Shown: piece after piece, positions 14,737 to 27,698 of the stretch
Position numbering within the stretch: position 1 is the stretch's first letter
Layout of the letters: each line of letters starts with the position of its first letter
Assembly: GCF_009914755.1 (NCBI RefSeq)
Contig: NC_060928.1
Length of the DNA: 64,000 nucleotides
Origin: the human T2T-CHM13v2.0 reference genome, Homo sapiens
Strand: one strand, 5' to 3'
Position numbers and translations under genes: made by a program
Notes under the pieces: model-generated
Told to the model about the DNA's origin: nothing
The model's input: the letters and a program-made list of their open reading frames with translations, nothing else
The model's database searches: none

Positions 14737-15247
14737 TGTATTAATTTTCTAGAGATGACATAACAAATTACCCACAAACTAGGTGGCTTAAAACAAGAGA
14801 AATTTATTGACTTGCATTTTTGGAAGCTAGAATCCTGAAAGTTCTATTGGTATCATCAGGCCATGCTGTCTCTGAAGCCTTTAAAGAGAAATCCTTCTTT
14901 GTGTTTTGCAGCTTCTGGTACTTCCACGTATCCACTTCTGGTACTTCCACGTATCCCTTGGCTTGCAGCACCATGATTCCAATTTCTGCTTCAGTCTTCA
15001 CAAGGCTGTCTTCTCTCTATGTCAGTATGTCTATGTCTTCACATGGCATTCTCCTCCCTGTGTTTACATTTTCCTCTTCTAAGGATCTCAGTCATATTGA
15101 ACTAGGTCCCACTCTCATCAAGTATGACCTCATTTTAAATTAATTACATCTGCAAACCCTGTTTCCAAATAAAGTCACGTCCATAGCTATGATTAGGACT
15201 TAGGACTTCAACATATCTTTTTAGGAAACACAATTCAATCCACAACA
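14737..15247 (-). mobile_element. MaLR LTR MLT1C-like, with an internal 22-bp tandem duplication
   Basis: tgtatta...acaaactaggtggcttaaaacaa...tttccaaataaagtcac...caatccacaaca; cttctggtacttccacgtatcc twice (14912-14956). Confidence 0.85.
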
Positions 15248-15249
15248 AA

Positions 15250-15520
15250 ACTGTATGTTCCAGTCTAACTACTTCCCCATCTCTCTCCTTTTTTCAGCGA
15301 AGATTCTGAAACAAATAGTTTATACTGATTGTTATCACTTATTTACCACCTACTTACTGCAATCTGGCTTTGGATGTTACTACCATTGACAGTTCTGGAG
15401 TGACCATTGAAGTTAATTGACAAATCTAAAGAATGCTTGTTAGTTCTTGCCTTACTTGTTACTTTTATTGCACTCCAGAGTATTGAATGTTCTCATCTTA
15501 AAGCTTTTCTTATTTGAACT
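15250..15520 (+). mobile_element. L2 internal fragment (probably continues ~16500-16790)
   Basis: actgcaatctggcttt...caaatctaaaga...gttcttgccttacttg resembles the L2 ORF region. Confidence 0.55.
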
Positions 15521-15894
15521 GACCTAAGTCAGCCTGCTTAAGTACAACTTTTAGTTTTACTTTGGTAAATTGCTATAGCTGTGAAAGTAAATTATTACAA
15601 AAGCAATCTATGATAAAATTCTGCCAAACTTGTAGATAATTTTAACTACACTAGCACAAAACTTGAGCCATTGTGCCATTAACTAGGGGATCTTACTGTT
15701 CTTTGTCATTTAAATGTTTCAATCACACTTTGAATTTAAGGTTTACTAAAAGCAGATACATCGAGTGGGAATTCTATTATTTTGCATAACCTCATGCATG
15801 ATATCACACTGCTCATACAAAAAATATTTGAAATTAAATTATAGATATCTTTGTAATGTAACTCTCATCTTGATTTCTTGTCACATCTAGAAAG

Positions 15895-16494
15895 CCTATT
15901 GCCAAGTAATGATATTACAACAATTTTAGTGGATTAAGCAATATACATTTATTATCTCACAGTTTGTTTTGGGTTAGGAATTAAAATATGGCTTAGCTAG
16001 GTCTTCTGCTTAGTGTATCACAAGACTGAGATCAAGGTAATCTTCAAAACTGTGGTCTTATCCGAAGCTCAACTGGAAAAGGGTTATTATAAGATATTAT
16101 GATTATTATAAGCTCATTCATGTTGATGGCAGAATTCAATTCTTTGTGGTTGTAGGGCCGTTAGGTCTTCAATTACTTGCTGGCTGTTCACTGGAGGCCA
16201 CCCTCAGCTCCTAGAGGCCCCTTGCAATTCTTACTACATAGGGTTCCCTAGTATGACTCTTTGCTTTCCCAAAGTATGACTTACTTTGCTTACCCAAAGT
16301 AAGACAGGGAGACCACAGACGATAGGTGCTACAATCTTATGTAACCATCTAATCATATACCCAAATCATATCCATTCTATTATTTAGAAGCAAGTCACAG
16401 ATCCTTCCCATGCCCAAGGAATGGGGCTCACACACCGGCATGAACAACTGGAAGTGGGCATCATTGGAGCCACTTTAAGTGTCTTCTGTCCACA
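15895..16494 (-). mobile_element. MaLR LTR MLT1E/F-like
   Basis: catttattatctcacagttt...ggcttagctaggtc...ggcagaattcaattctttgtggttgtagg...gaggccaccctcagctcctagaggcc. Confidence 0.7.
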
Positions 16495-17002
16495 ACCCTA
16501 AGTCTCCTCACTGTAAATATACTGCTTAGGTATTTGCATCTTCATATGTGACTTCAACTGCCAGTTATGTACTGTTGCTTCCAAAATCTATGTCCCAGCC
16601 TCTCTGTCTATCCTAAAATGTTAATCCAAATAGTCAACTTTCTTTTGATATTTTGATGTAAATGTAGTCATTTTTATGTGGACATCAATCTCAACACAAT
16701 TCCTTTCTCTTCAGATTGCTCCTCTCTCTTTTTACCATTGTGAATAATGATGCATCCTATATCCAGTGTGCATGGGACACAAACCTGAGATTGTGATTTA
16801 ATTATTCTCGGGTGGAACTGAGTCATCACAGTTTTTAAAAAGCTTCCAGATGATTTAATTTGCAGCTATAATGGATAACTAATGATCTATAACATTACTC
16901 TATTTTGTCTGCTTGATATTATTATGCTTATTTCCTTATTTTTTTTTTCTATCTCTCTTCTAGAATGTAAGCTTCTTGAAAGCTTCTTCATCAATATATT
17001 AC

Positions 17003-17337
17003 TGTCTTAGATGGTTAGGTCTGCTATAAGAAATACATAGACTGGATGGCTTAAACAACAAACATTTAATTCTCATGGTTCTGGAGGCTAGGAAGTCTAA
17101 GATAAGGTATCAGCAAATTTGGTTCCTGATGAGGCCCTTCTTTCTGGTTTGCAGATAGCTGCCTTGTGGCTGAGAAATCATCTATCTTGAGTCTCCTTAT
17201 AAGGGTGCTAATTCTGTTATGAGAACCACACCCTCATTATTTAATTACTTCCTAGAAGTACCCCTTCCAAACTCTACCATATTGAGGTTTACGTCTTCAA
17301 CATACGAATTTTGAGAAGACATAAACAGTCACTAACA
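17003..17337 (-). mobile_element. MaLR LTR MLT1A-like
   Basis: tgtcttag...ggcttaaacaacaaacattta...ggttctggaggctaggaagtc...cttcaacatacgaattttg...taaca. Confidence 0.8.
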
Positions 17338-17433
17338 TACATTACAATATTTGGCATATAGTAGGTATTTAATAATTTGAGTAATTGATAAATACTACTT
17401 ATTATATGTCAGCATTATGATAAGTGCTCTATA

Positions 17434-18012
17434 CAGATGTTACTTGACTTATGATATGGTTACACTCATCCTGACAAACCCATCATACCATCATAAGTTG
17501 AAAATATTATAAGTTAAAAATTTATTTAGCTGGGTGCACTGGCATGCTCACGTAGTCCCGGCTATTTGAGAGGCTGAGATGGAAGCATTGCTTGAACCCA
17601 GGAGTTCGAGGCTGTAGTGCATTATCATCACATGAATAACCACTGCACTCCAGCCTAAGCAACATAGGGAAACCCCATCTCTACAAAAAAAAGGAAGAAA
17701 AAAGAAAATGCATTCAATATACCTAAGCTACCAAACATCATAGCTTAATCTAGCCTAACTACAAATGTGCTCAGAACCCTTATATTAGCCTACAGTTGGA
17801 CAAAATCATCTAACACAAAGCCTATTTTATAATAAAATATTGGATGTCTTATATAATTTATTGAATACTGTACCAAAAGTGAAAAGCAGCATGGTTATAT
17901 GGGTACTCAAAGTATGGTGTGTACTGAATGCATGATGCTTTCACACATGCTTCACATGGTAAAGTAAAAAAAAAAATCATAAGTTGAACCATCATAAATT
18001 GGAGACCATCTG
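17434..18012 (+). mobile_element. MER47A (Tigger5-derived TcMar MITE)
   Basis: Termini cagatg...catctg flanked by TA on both sides; internal catcatagctta...gtgctcagaac...cagttggacaaaatcatctaacacaaagcctattttataataaa. Confidence 0.9.
17528..17705 (+). mobile_element. FAM (fossil Alu monomer) inside MER47A
   Basis: Monomer retaining the 7SL-like segment gaggctgtagtgc...tgaataaccactgcactccagcct; A-rich tail. Confidence 0.8.
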
Positions 18013-18539
18013 TATACATTATTTTATTAATCCTCACAAAAACGTATGAGTCTATTTTCAATTCCATTTTTTAAAAAACTGATTAGGTAAATGTAGTAAA
18101 GCAATTTATCTGAGGTCACATATAAAGTAAAGCTGTGATTGAAACTAAGTCTGCCTAACATCAAAACTCATGGTTCTGACCAATATGCTAAACATATGCT
18201 TTCCAGCTACATGTATTTATTGCCGAAGTTGTTATACCTTTTAGTGTGTTGTTTCTTTTTTGGAAAAGCCTATTTCTTTGCTGATTCATTAATCCACTGT
18301 GGTAGGATTAAAAGTCAGATCATGTAGCTCCACCAGAATATAGTTATCTTTTCATGTTGTGCATGACCATATATATTCAGGTTTCTGCTTCTGGTGGTTA
18401 TTCTAAATGCAGTTATTATCAAGTAATGCTTACCGCTTGCCAACAATGTGCTAGACACAGAGCAGAGCATAGCATCTGACATGCTTTCCATTCTGCACTC
18501 TGATCCATAACTTTCATCCATAAATCTTTTTGCAATTTT

Positions 18540-18705
18540 ACAAACATGCATTCTCCAAACATTCCCATGAGGTAAATGAATATTTATTATATCCACTTTA
18601 CAGATGCATAAAGTTAGATGTAGACTAATTAAGTAAGTTCTTCAAGGGCAGAGAGTGAGTTGGTTGGAAAATCAAGGTTAGCATTGAACATTCTGGATGC
18701 CTGCT
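18540..18705 (-). mobile_element. MIR
   Basis: cccatgaggta...attatatccactttacagatgcataaagttag. Confidence 0.6.
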
Positions 18706-20074
18706 TCTAAAAGGAATGAATGGTGTGTTAAGTTGATTTCACTATACATAGTTGAAAATGTTTATTTTAAGCTTTCATGATATATTTTCCATTAGTTTTT
18801 GGACATTGCCCAGAAGAATTCACAGTAAATTAATAGTCAGCCCTTAGATATGTATGCAGTTTGTGTCTGTTGGCTTCTGTGGGAGATGCAAAAATGAAAC
18901 TGAAGAAAGAATTTAGCCCATAGTAATTACATCTTCCTGTAGAGATTCTGGTAATTATGTTTGGATATTTTTTTCACTATATAATTTAAAGTTTTGTATT
19001 TAGTAATGTACCTCTAATTTAGCATATAGAAGTAAGCAGCTAATTAAACTGAGATTACTTTCTACTCACAGCCAACATTTAAAACATAGTTATTATTACA
19101 AAATTTTTTAAAGTTATATTACTTTTTATGAATATGAACTCAAATCAAAATGCATAGCACAATAACATAATTAAGAAAGACTGTATTAGTTCGGTGTGTT
19201 GCCATTTAAAGATCCAAATTAAAACTATATGCTTTTCATTCCACCAAATGGTAGATTTTTAGAACCATAAAAGATCCATAGTTGATTTGTGGACTCACAA
19301 CTGGTCCTTAAACAACATGATACATCTTTCTGATTCTTTTGTTATTCTTATTTTTTAAATGATAATTTGATTTAACTATACAGATATGCAACTATATATG
19401 TATAAGCATCACCTCTGTGTATAATTTTCAATTTGTTCAGATTTTGAGATTTTGTCGAATCTATATTTAAATTTAGATGCATGGTTTATGCTCAAAATCA
19501 TTTTGATGGAAATAATATTTTATTATAGTCCAACAATGCTATAAATAATAAAAGGAATGAATATACAAGGTTAAATAGGACTTTATTTTCATCTGTATAT
19601 ACTGTTTGAATCACTGATGAGCACATGCACTAATATAAAATTTCCTGTTAATACATGCCAAATCTTGTTGTAGATGTGTGTCGTAGAAAGGTAGGCATTA
19701 GATATAAATCTCTATAATGAATGGTATTTTAATAGGGCAATCTTTAACTTTCTGTTTCACAAGCTTCTATTGAGAATTTGTTGGGACCATTTTATGGTAT
19801 CTTAATAAATTTGCTGGGCTATACATTTTATAAATTGACTTCCTAAGACAGCTACCCCATTAATAGGTAAATAGATAATACTTCCATTTATTTATTATTT
19901 CTGAAGGCTTTCCACCTATTTGCAAGTATTAGTGGACCTGTCATGAAGAAGAAAATAAAAATAGATTGAAATAGTACAACTGGCAGTGTGATTATTTTGT
20001 ATTCTAATTGATTAGCTGAGGGAGAATTATGTAACTTTCATCAGTTGGACTAAAACTTTAAATCATTCTACCAA

Positions 20075-21085
20075 TAGAATTCCTTTTAATCATTTACCAA
20101 ATTTCTCACCACCAAAATTTCACACCAACTTTCACCTCCTTTACCATTCCCAAACCTAGAAAACATTATTTTGTTCTCCATTCTAAATTTTTTTCATTTC
20201 AAAAATGTTATTGAAATGAAATCATATATTATATGATCTATTAAAACTGGCTTTTATTAACTCAGTATAATCCATTAAGAATAATCTAAGTTGATTGTAT
20301 AAATAGTGTGCTGCTTTCTATTACTGAGAAACATGGTGTATTTATACCATGGTTTGTTTAACCATTCACCCCTTAAAGGACATTTGGATTACTTCTGGTT
20401 GTTAAGTGTTATGAGTAAAGCCACTGTGAAATTTGTGTACAAGTTTTTGTGTGAGCAGGTTTCATTTCTCTGAAGTAAATACCCAAGAATACAATTGCTG
20501 GACTCTATGGTGTATTCACTTCCTGTTGCCACTGTAACAAAGAACCACAGTGATTTAAATAATACAAATTTTGTTATCTTACAGTTGTGGGAGTTAGAAA
20601 TCTCAGTGGCCTAAAATCAAGGTGTGGGCAGGTTTGTGTTCCTTCTGGAGGTTGTAGGGGAGAGTCGGCTTCCTAGTTTTTTCCAGCTTCTAAAATGTGT
20701 CCACATTTCTTGATCATGGCACCATCCTTCATCTTCAAAGCCAGCAGCACAGCATCTTCACATCCTTCCCTCTCTTGCTTCTTTCTCTCACCTCTGCTTC
20801 TGTTGTCACATCTCCTCTGACTCTGACTGTCCTGCCTCCCCGTTCTGTTATAAGTATTCTTGTGAACACTTTGGATCCACGTGGACAACCCAGATTAATA
20901 TTCCTATCCTAGGGTTCTTAATTTGATCACTTATGCAGAGTCCCTTTTATAAGTAAAGTAACATATTTACAGCTTCTGGGGATTAGGGCATAGACATCTT
21001 TATTTGGGGGATAGGAGCAGAGAAGGGTGGCATCATTCTGCTTACTACATATAGTAGGTGCACATTTAGTTTTATGAGAATTTAT
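20075..21085 (-). mobile_element. Old L1 (L1MB/MC) 3' fragment split by MLT1D
   Basis: catttcaaaaatgttat...ggtttgtttaaccattcaccc...aattgctggactctatgg | tatagtaggtgcacatttagtttta. Confidence 0.75.
20511..21049 (-). mobile_element. MaLR LTR MLT1D
   Basis: tgtatt...ctaaaatcaaggtgtgggcagg...ttccttctggagg...cattctgcttactaca; 5-bp TSD tatgg/tatag. Confidence 0.85.
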
Positions 21086-21530
21086 GATTGTCAGCTTCCT
21101 GGAATTCATCACACACATACATGCATACTCATACACAAATGTATATGGAGAATGTACATATAAGTTGCATAGTTCTTATTATTAATATTCAAATGAAGGA
21201 AGTGTTCCCATTCCTGAAGAGAAGTAAAGATTTCCTCTTACTAAATTGCTAAGGAAATTTCTCCCTTGGAAACTTTACAAAGGCTACACTGAGAGAAAAT
21301 AACCTAGAGTTTTATAATGAACACATACATGATTTTTCATTTGTCAATTTCTTACAGTGACCTGATGAAAGCTGAGAGCATAATATTGAAGTCCAGCTCT
21401 GTAAAGGCATTTCTGCTAATGTGATCTTGGTATCCAGCTGAAAATAATAAAATATGCTCACTAGAATTTCCCAATTAAATATTTGCTTAATAATGAAATT
21501 TGCTTTAATTTTCCATTGAAAACTCGCTTC

Positions 21531-21849
21531 TTTTTTATTTTATTTTATTTTATTTATTTCTTTTTTTGAGATACAGTTTCTCTCTTATTGCCCAGGCTTT
21601 AGTGCAATGGCGCGATCTTGGCTCACCGCAACCTCTGCCACCCGAGTTCAAGCAATTCTCTTGCCTCAGCCTCCCAAGTAGCTGGGATTACAGGCATGCG
21701 TCACCACGTCCAGCTAATTTTGTATTTTTAGTAGAGACGGGGTTTCTCCATGTTGATCAAGCTCGTCTCAAACTCCGGACCTCAGGTGATCCACCCTCCT
21801 CGGCCTCCCAAAGAGCCGGGATTACAGGCGTGAGCCACTGCGCCCACCC
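21531..21849 (-). mobile_element. AluSp-like
   Basis: gcaatggcgcgatcttggctcaccgcaacc and tttctccatgttg...gacctcaggtgatcc diagnostics. Confidence 0.9.
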
Positions 21850-22193
21850 TAATTTTTAAAATAATCAGTTATTTATTTTCCGTGGATTTTCCCCTCTCAA
21901 CAAAAAAAAATTTTACACAACTTTTTCCCAATATTTTCTTTAAATCATCAGCAAAACATATGAAATTACATTTCGTTTTTAATATTCTATACTTTTCTAT
22001 GGGGATGCCTGCTTTATTTTACACCAATTTGCAAAGATAAAAATGATTATATGAAATACATAAAATTTATTCTTAATTGCTCTGAAAATAAACCTTAATA
22101 TTTATAAGCAATGTGATTTGGGCATTATATTTTAAAAGCTTAAGTCAACTTGTCATAAATTTGCATCCATAAATCTAATTTAGCATTACACAG

Positions 22194-24920
22194 TTTTTTT
22201 TTTACTTTTACATTAGATTATGAGAGTACATATGCAAGTTTGGTACCTGGGTTATATTGCATGATGCTGAGGTTTGGGGTATGAATGATCCCATCACCCA
22301 GGTATGGAGAATAGTACCCAACCGTTAACTTTTCCCACTCTTGCCTCCCTCCCTCCCTCCATGCCCTAGTAGTCCCCAGTGTCTATTGTTGCTGTCTTTA
22401 TGTCCATGAGTACCCAGTGTTTAGCTCCCACTTATAAGTGAGGACATGCAGTATTTAGTTTTATGTTCCTGTATTAATTTATTTAGAATAATGTTTTCCA
22501 GCTGAATCCATGTTGCTGCAAAGGACATGATTTCATTTTTCATGGCTCCATAGTATTCCATGGTGTATATGTATCATATTTTCTTTATCCAGGCCATCGT
22601 TGTTGGACATCTAAGTTGATTCCATATCTTTGCTATTGTGAATAGTATTGCGATGAACATGTGAGTGCTGTCCCTTTACGGTAGAACTATTTGTTTACTT
22701 TTGGATATACATCCAGTAATGGGAGTGTTGGGTTGAATGGTAGTTCTATTTTAAGTTCTTTGAGAAATCTCCAAATTGTTTTCCAAAGTGGCTGAATTAA
22801 TTTACATTCCCACCAACAGTGTATAAGCATTCTCTTTTCTCCACAGCCTCATCAACATCTGTTGTTTTTTAGCTTTTTAATAATAGCCATTCTTACTGGT
22901 GTGAGGTAATATCTCAATGTGGTTTCAATTTGCATTCTCTAATGATTAGTGATGATGAACATTCTTTTATACATTTGTTGGCTACTGTATATCTTCTTTT
23001 GAGAAGTGTCTATTTATGTCTTCTGCCCGCTTTTTAATGGGGTTATTTGTTTTATGCTTGTTAAGTTGTTTAAGTTTCTTACAGATTCTGGATATTAGAC
23101 CTTTGTTTGATGCATTGTTTGCAAATATTTTCTCCAGTTCTCTAGGTTGTCTGCTTCTTCTGTTGATAGTTTCTTTTGCTGTGCAGAAGCTCTGTAGTTT
23201 AATTAGGTCCCACTTGTCAATTTTTGCTTTCATTGCAATTGTTTTTTTCTTATTTGTTTTTGTTTTTGTTTTGTTTTGTTTTGTTTTTTGAGAACCTAAT
23301 CATAAATTTTTTTCTAAAGGCCCATGTCCAGAATGGTGTTTCTGAGGTTTTTTTTTTTCCCTAGGATTCTTATAGTTTGAGGTCTTATATTTAAATCTTT
23401 AATCCACCTTGAGTTAGTGTTTGTGTATGGTGAAAGGAAAGGGTCCAGTTTCATTCTTCTGCATATGGCTAGACAGCTATCCCAGCACCATTTATTGAAT
23501 ACGGAGTTCTTTCCCCACTGTTTATTTTTGATGACTTTGTTTCAGATTAGATGACTGCAGGTGTGTGGCTTTATTTCTGAGTTATCTATTCTGTTCCATT
23601 GGTCTATGTGTCTGTTTTTGTACCAGTACCTTATAGTATAGGTTATATAGGCTAATGCATAGTATAGTATAGTATAGGTATAGTATAGTATAGTATAGTA
23701 TAGTATAGTATAGTATAGTATGTATAGTTTAGGTTACATACTACATTATAATATAAGCTAATTTGTAGCCTTGTAGTATAGGTTGAAATTGGGTAATGTT
23801 ATGCCTCCAGCTTTGCTCTTTTTACTTAGGATTGCTTTGGCTATTCTTGGCTCTTTGTTTGTTCCATATGAATTTTAGTATAATGTTTTCCAATTCTATG
23901 AAAAATGACATTGGTGGTTTGATAGGAATAGCATTGATCTGTTGATTGCTTTGGGCAGTATGGCCTTTTTGACAATATAGATTCTTGAATTTCATGAGTA
24001 TGGGATGTTTTTCCATTTGCCTGTGTCATCTATGATTTTTTTTAGCAGTGTTTTGTAGTTCTCCTTGTAGAGAGCTTTCACTTCCTTGATTAGATGTATT
24101 CCTAGACACTTTATTTTATTTTTTGTAGCATTTGTAAATGGGATTGTGTTCTTGATTTGGCCCTCAGCTAGAATGTTATCAGTTTATAGAAATGCTACTG
24201 ATTTGAGTACATTGATTTTGTATCCTGAAACTCTGCTGAAGTTGTTTATCAGTTCCAGGAGTTTTCTGGCAGAGTCTTTTGAGTTTTCTAGGTATAGAGT
24301 CATATCATCCACAAAGATAAGTTGAATTCTTCCTTTCCTATTTGGATGCCTTTTATATCTTTATATTCCCTGATTGCTCTGGCTAGCACTTCCAGTACTA
24401 TGTTTAATAAGGGGTGCTGAGAGAGGGCATCCTTGTCTTGTTCCAGGGGAATGCTTTCAGTTTTTGCCCTTTCACTTGGCTGTGTGTTTAACATAGATAG
24501 CTCTTATTATTTTGAGGTATGTTCTTTTGATGCCTAGTTTATCGAGGGGCTTTAACATGAAGGGATGTTGGATTTTATCAAAAGCTTTTTCTGCATCTAC
24601 TGAGATGATCATATGGTTTTTGTTTTTAATTTTGTTTATGTGGTGAATCAATTTATTGATTTGCATATATTGAACCAACCTTGCATCCCAGGAATGAAGC
24701 CTACTTGATCATGATAAATTAACTTTTTGATGTACTGTGGAATTTAGTTTCCTAATATTTCTTTTAGGATTTTTGCATCTGTGTTCAATGGGGATATTGA
24801 CCTATAGTTTTCTTTTATCATTGTATCTTTGGCAGGTTTGGTATCAGGGTGATGCTGGCTTCATAGAATGAGTTGAGGAGGAGTCCCCACTACTAAAATT
24901 TTTGAAATAGTTTCATATAG
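22194..24920 (-). mobile_element. L1PA15/16-like, 3' ~2.7 kb (3'UTR plus decayed ORF2)
   Basis: 3'UTR gatgctgaggtttggggtatgaatgatcccatcacccagg; ORF2 remnants [12 protein letters not shown] and [20 protein letters not shown]. Confidence 0.88.
23660..23721. repeat. (TAGTA)n pentanucleotide microsatellite
   Basis: About 12 units with one interruption, inside L1. Confidence 0.95.
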
Positions 24921-24987
24921 AATATTCTCATCTTTTCCTCTTCTTCTTTTCTTCTGACAATTTCTCACTTGTCTTCTGCACCTCATA

Positions 24988-27698
24988 TTTGTTTTGTCTG
25001 ATATAAGAATAGCTACTCCTGCTTACTTTTGGTGTCCATTTGCATGGGATGTCTTTTTCCACCCCTTTACCTTAAATTTATTTGAGTCCCTACGTGTTAG
25101 GTGAGTCTCTTGAGAGCAACAGATAGTTGGTTGGTGAATTTTTATGCATTCTGCAATTCTGCATCTTTTAAGTGGAGCATTTAGACCGTTTACATTCATT
25201 GTTAGTATTGATATGTGAGGTACTATTCCATTCATCATGCTATTTGTTGCCTGTATACCTTTTTTTCTTTAATTGTATTTTTGTTTTATAGGTATTGTGA
25301 GAATTATGGTTTAAAGAGGTTCTGTTTTGATGCGTCTCCAGGATTTGTTTCAAGATTTAGAGCTCCTTTTAGCAGTTCTCATAGTTCTGGCTTGGTAGTG
25401 GCAGATTCTCAGAGCATTTGTCTGAAAAAGATTGTATCTTTTTTTCATTTATGAAGCTTAGTTTTGCTGGATCCAAAATTCGTGCCTGATAATTGTTCTG
25501 TTTAAAGAGGCTGAAGATAGGGTCCCAATCCCTTCTAGCTTGTAGAATTTCTGCTGAGAAATCTGCTGTTAATCTGATAGGTTTTCCTTTGTAGGTTACC
25601 TGGTGCTTTTGCCTCAGCTCTCAATATTCTTTCCTTCACCTTGACTTTAGATAACCTGAAGACAATGTGCTGAGGCAGTGATCTTTTTGTGATGAATTTC
25701 CCAGGTGTTCTTTGTGCTTCTTGTATTTGGATGTCTAGGTCTCTGGCAAGGCCAGGGAAGTTTTCCTTTATTATTCCCCCAGATATGTTTTCCAAACTTT
25801 TACATTTCCCTTCTTCCTCAGGAATACCAGTTATTCTTAGGTTTGGTTGTTTAACGTAGTCCCAAACTTCTTGGAGGCTTTGTTCATTTTTTCTTATTCT
25901 TTTTTCTTTGTCAGATTGGGTTAATTGGAGACCCTGTCTTCAAGCTCAGAAGTTCTTTATTCTGCTTGCTCCAGTCTGTTGCTGAGAATTTCCAGAGCAT
26001 TTTGCATTTCTATAAGTGCATCCATTCTTTCCTGAAGTTTTAATTTTTTTTAATTTATGCTATCTCTTTCATTGAATATTTTTCCCTTCGCTTCTTGTAT
26101 CTTTTTTAAAATTTTCTTAGATTGGGCTTTGCCTTTCTCTGATGCCTTCCTGATTAACTTAGTAACTGATCTTCTGAATTCTTTTTCAGGTAAATCAGGG
26201 ATTTCTTCTTGGTTTGAATCCATTGCTGGTGAGCTAGTATGGTATTTGGGGGATGTTAAAGAACCATGTTTTGTCATAGTACCAGAATTGTTTTTTCTGG
26301 TTCCTTCTCATTTGGGTGGCTATGTCAGAGGGAAGATCTGGGGCTGAAGGCTGCTGTTCAGATTCTTTTGTCCCACGGCATGTTCCCTTGATGTAGTACT
26401 CTCTGTCTCTTCCTAGGGATGTGGCTTCCTGTGATCCAAGCTGTAGTGATTGTTATCTCTCTCTGGATCTAGCCACCCAGTAGGTCTACCAGGCTCCAGG
26501 CTGGTACCGGGGGTTGTCTGCACAGAGTCCTGTGATGTGAACCATCTGCAGGTCTCATAGCCATGGATAGCAACACCTGCTCTGGTGGAGGTGGCAGGGG
26601 GGTGAAATGGACTCTGTGAGGGTCCTTGGCTTTGGTTGCTTAAGGTATTATTTTTGTACGAGTTGGCCTCCTGCCAGGAGCTGTAGTAGTATGGGGAGGA
26701 AGAAGTGGTGGGCAAGGCCCTAGAACTCCCAAGAGTATATGCCCTTTGTCTTCAGTTACCAGGGTTGGTAGGGAGGGACCATTAGGTGAGGGCAGGGCTA
26801 GGCATGTCTGAGCTCAGCCTCTCCTTGGGTGGGTCTTACTGAGGCTGCTGTGGGGATGGCGGTGAGGTTCCCAGGTCAATGGAATTATGTTCCTAGGAGG
26901 ATTATGCCTGCCTCTACTGTGTCATGAAGGTTGTCAGGGAAGTGGGGGAAAGCCAGCAGTCACAGGCCTCACCCAGCACCCACGCAACCCAAAAGTCTCA
27001 CTCCCACTGTGCCCCCTCCAACAGAACCGAGTCTGTTTCCAAACATTGGGAGAGCAGGGCTGAGAACTTGTCCCAGACTACCTGCCTGCCAGCTATGAGA
27101 GCAATTAGGGCTTTTGTTCTTCCCCGGCCTGTGGAGTCAGCACACTGGATTTGCACACTCCCCCAAGCTCTGGCCAGGAGATTTCCTCAATGGGTTGAAA
27201 TTGTTAAAAAAAAGTTCGACTGGAAATTTCCTTCCTTCTGTGGCCTTTTCCCAGTGCCTCTGGCTGCCCTCCCCAAGGGCCTCTGAGAGGCAGGGAAGAA
27301 ATGGCCTGCTAGGGGACCCAGCAAGCCCACAGGGCTTTTCCTGCTTCTTCCTCTACTTCTGCATTTCACTTGGTTCTCTAATTTGTTTCAGCTCTAGGGA
27401 AGGTCAAAATCTTCTTCCATGATCTAGACCTTCAGGTTCCCCAGTCAGGGTGTGTGTTCAGGGGCAGACAATTCCCCTTTCTACTTCCACAGTTTGGGCA
27501 CCCACATTATTTGGGGTGTCTCCCGGGTCCTACAGGAGCAATCCACTTCCTTCGGAGAGTCTGTGGGTTATCTCGGCTCTTCTGGTTTATTCCTGCCGAG
27601 GTTCTAGAGCAAAACGTCACAATGTGAGTCTCTACACACTGCTCTGTCTGCAAATGAGCTGCAATCTAGTCTTGCCTCCAGTCCACCGTAATGTTCCC
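24988..27698 (-). mobile_element. L1PB-type 5' portion (5'UTR, decayed ORF1, ORF2 endonuclease start)
   Basis: ORF2 start VPHISILTMNVNGLNAPLKR (25238); ORF1 remnant ENFPGLARDLDIQIQEAQRTP; GC-richer 5'UTR ~26400-27700. Confidence 0.85.

Larger units (their letters stand above)
17390..18192 (-). mobile_element. MIR interrupted by MER47A
   Basis: tatgtcagcattatgataagtgctct before the insertion; aatcctcacaa...ctgaggtcaca...aagtctgcctaac...ccaatatgcta after. Confidence 0.7.
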
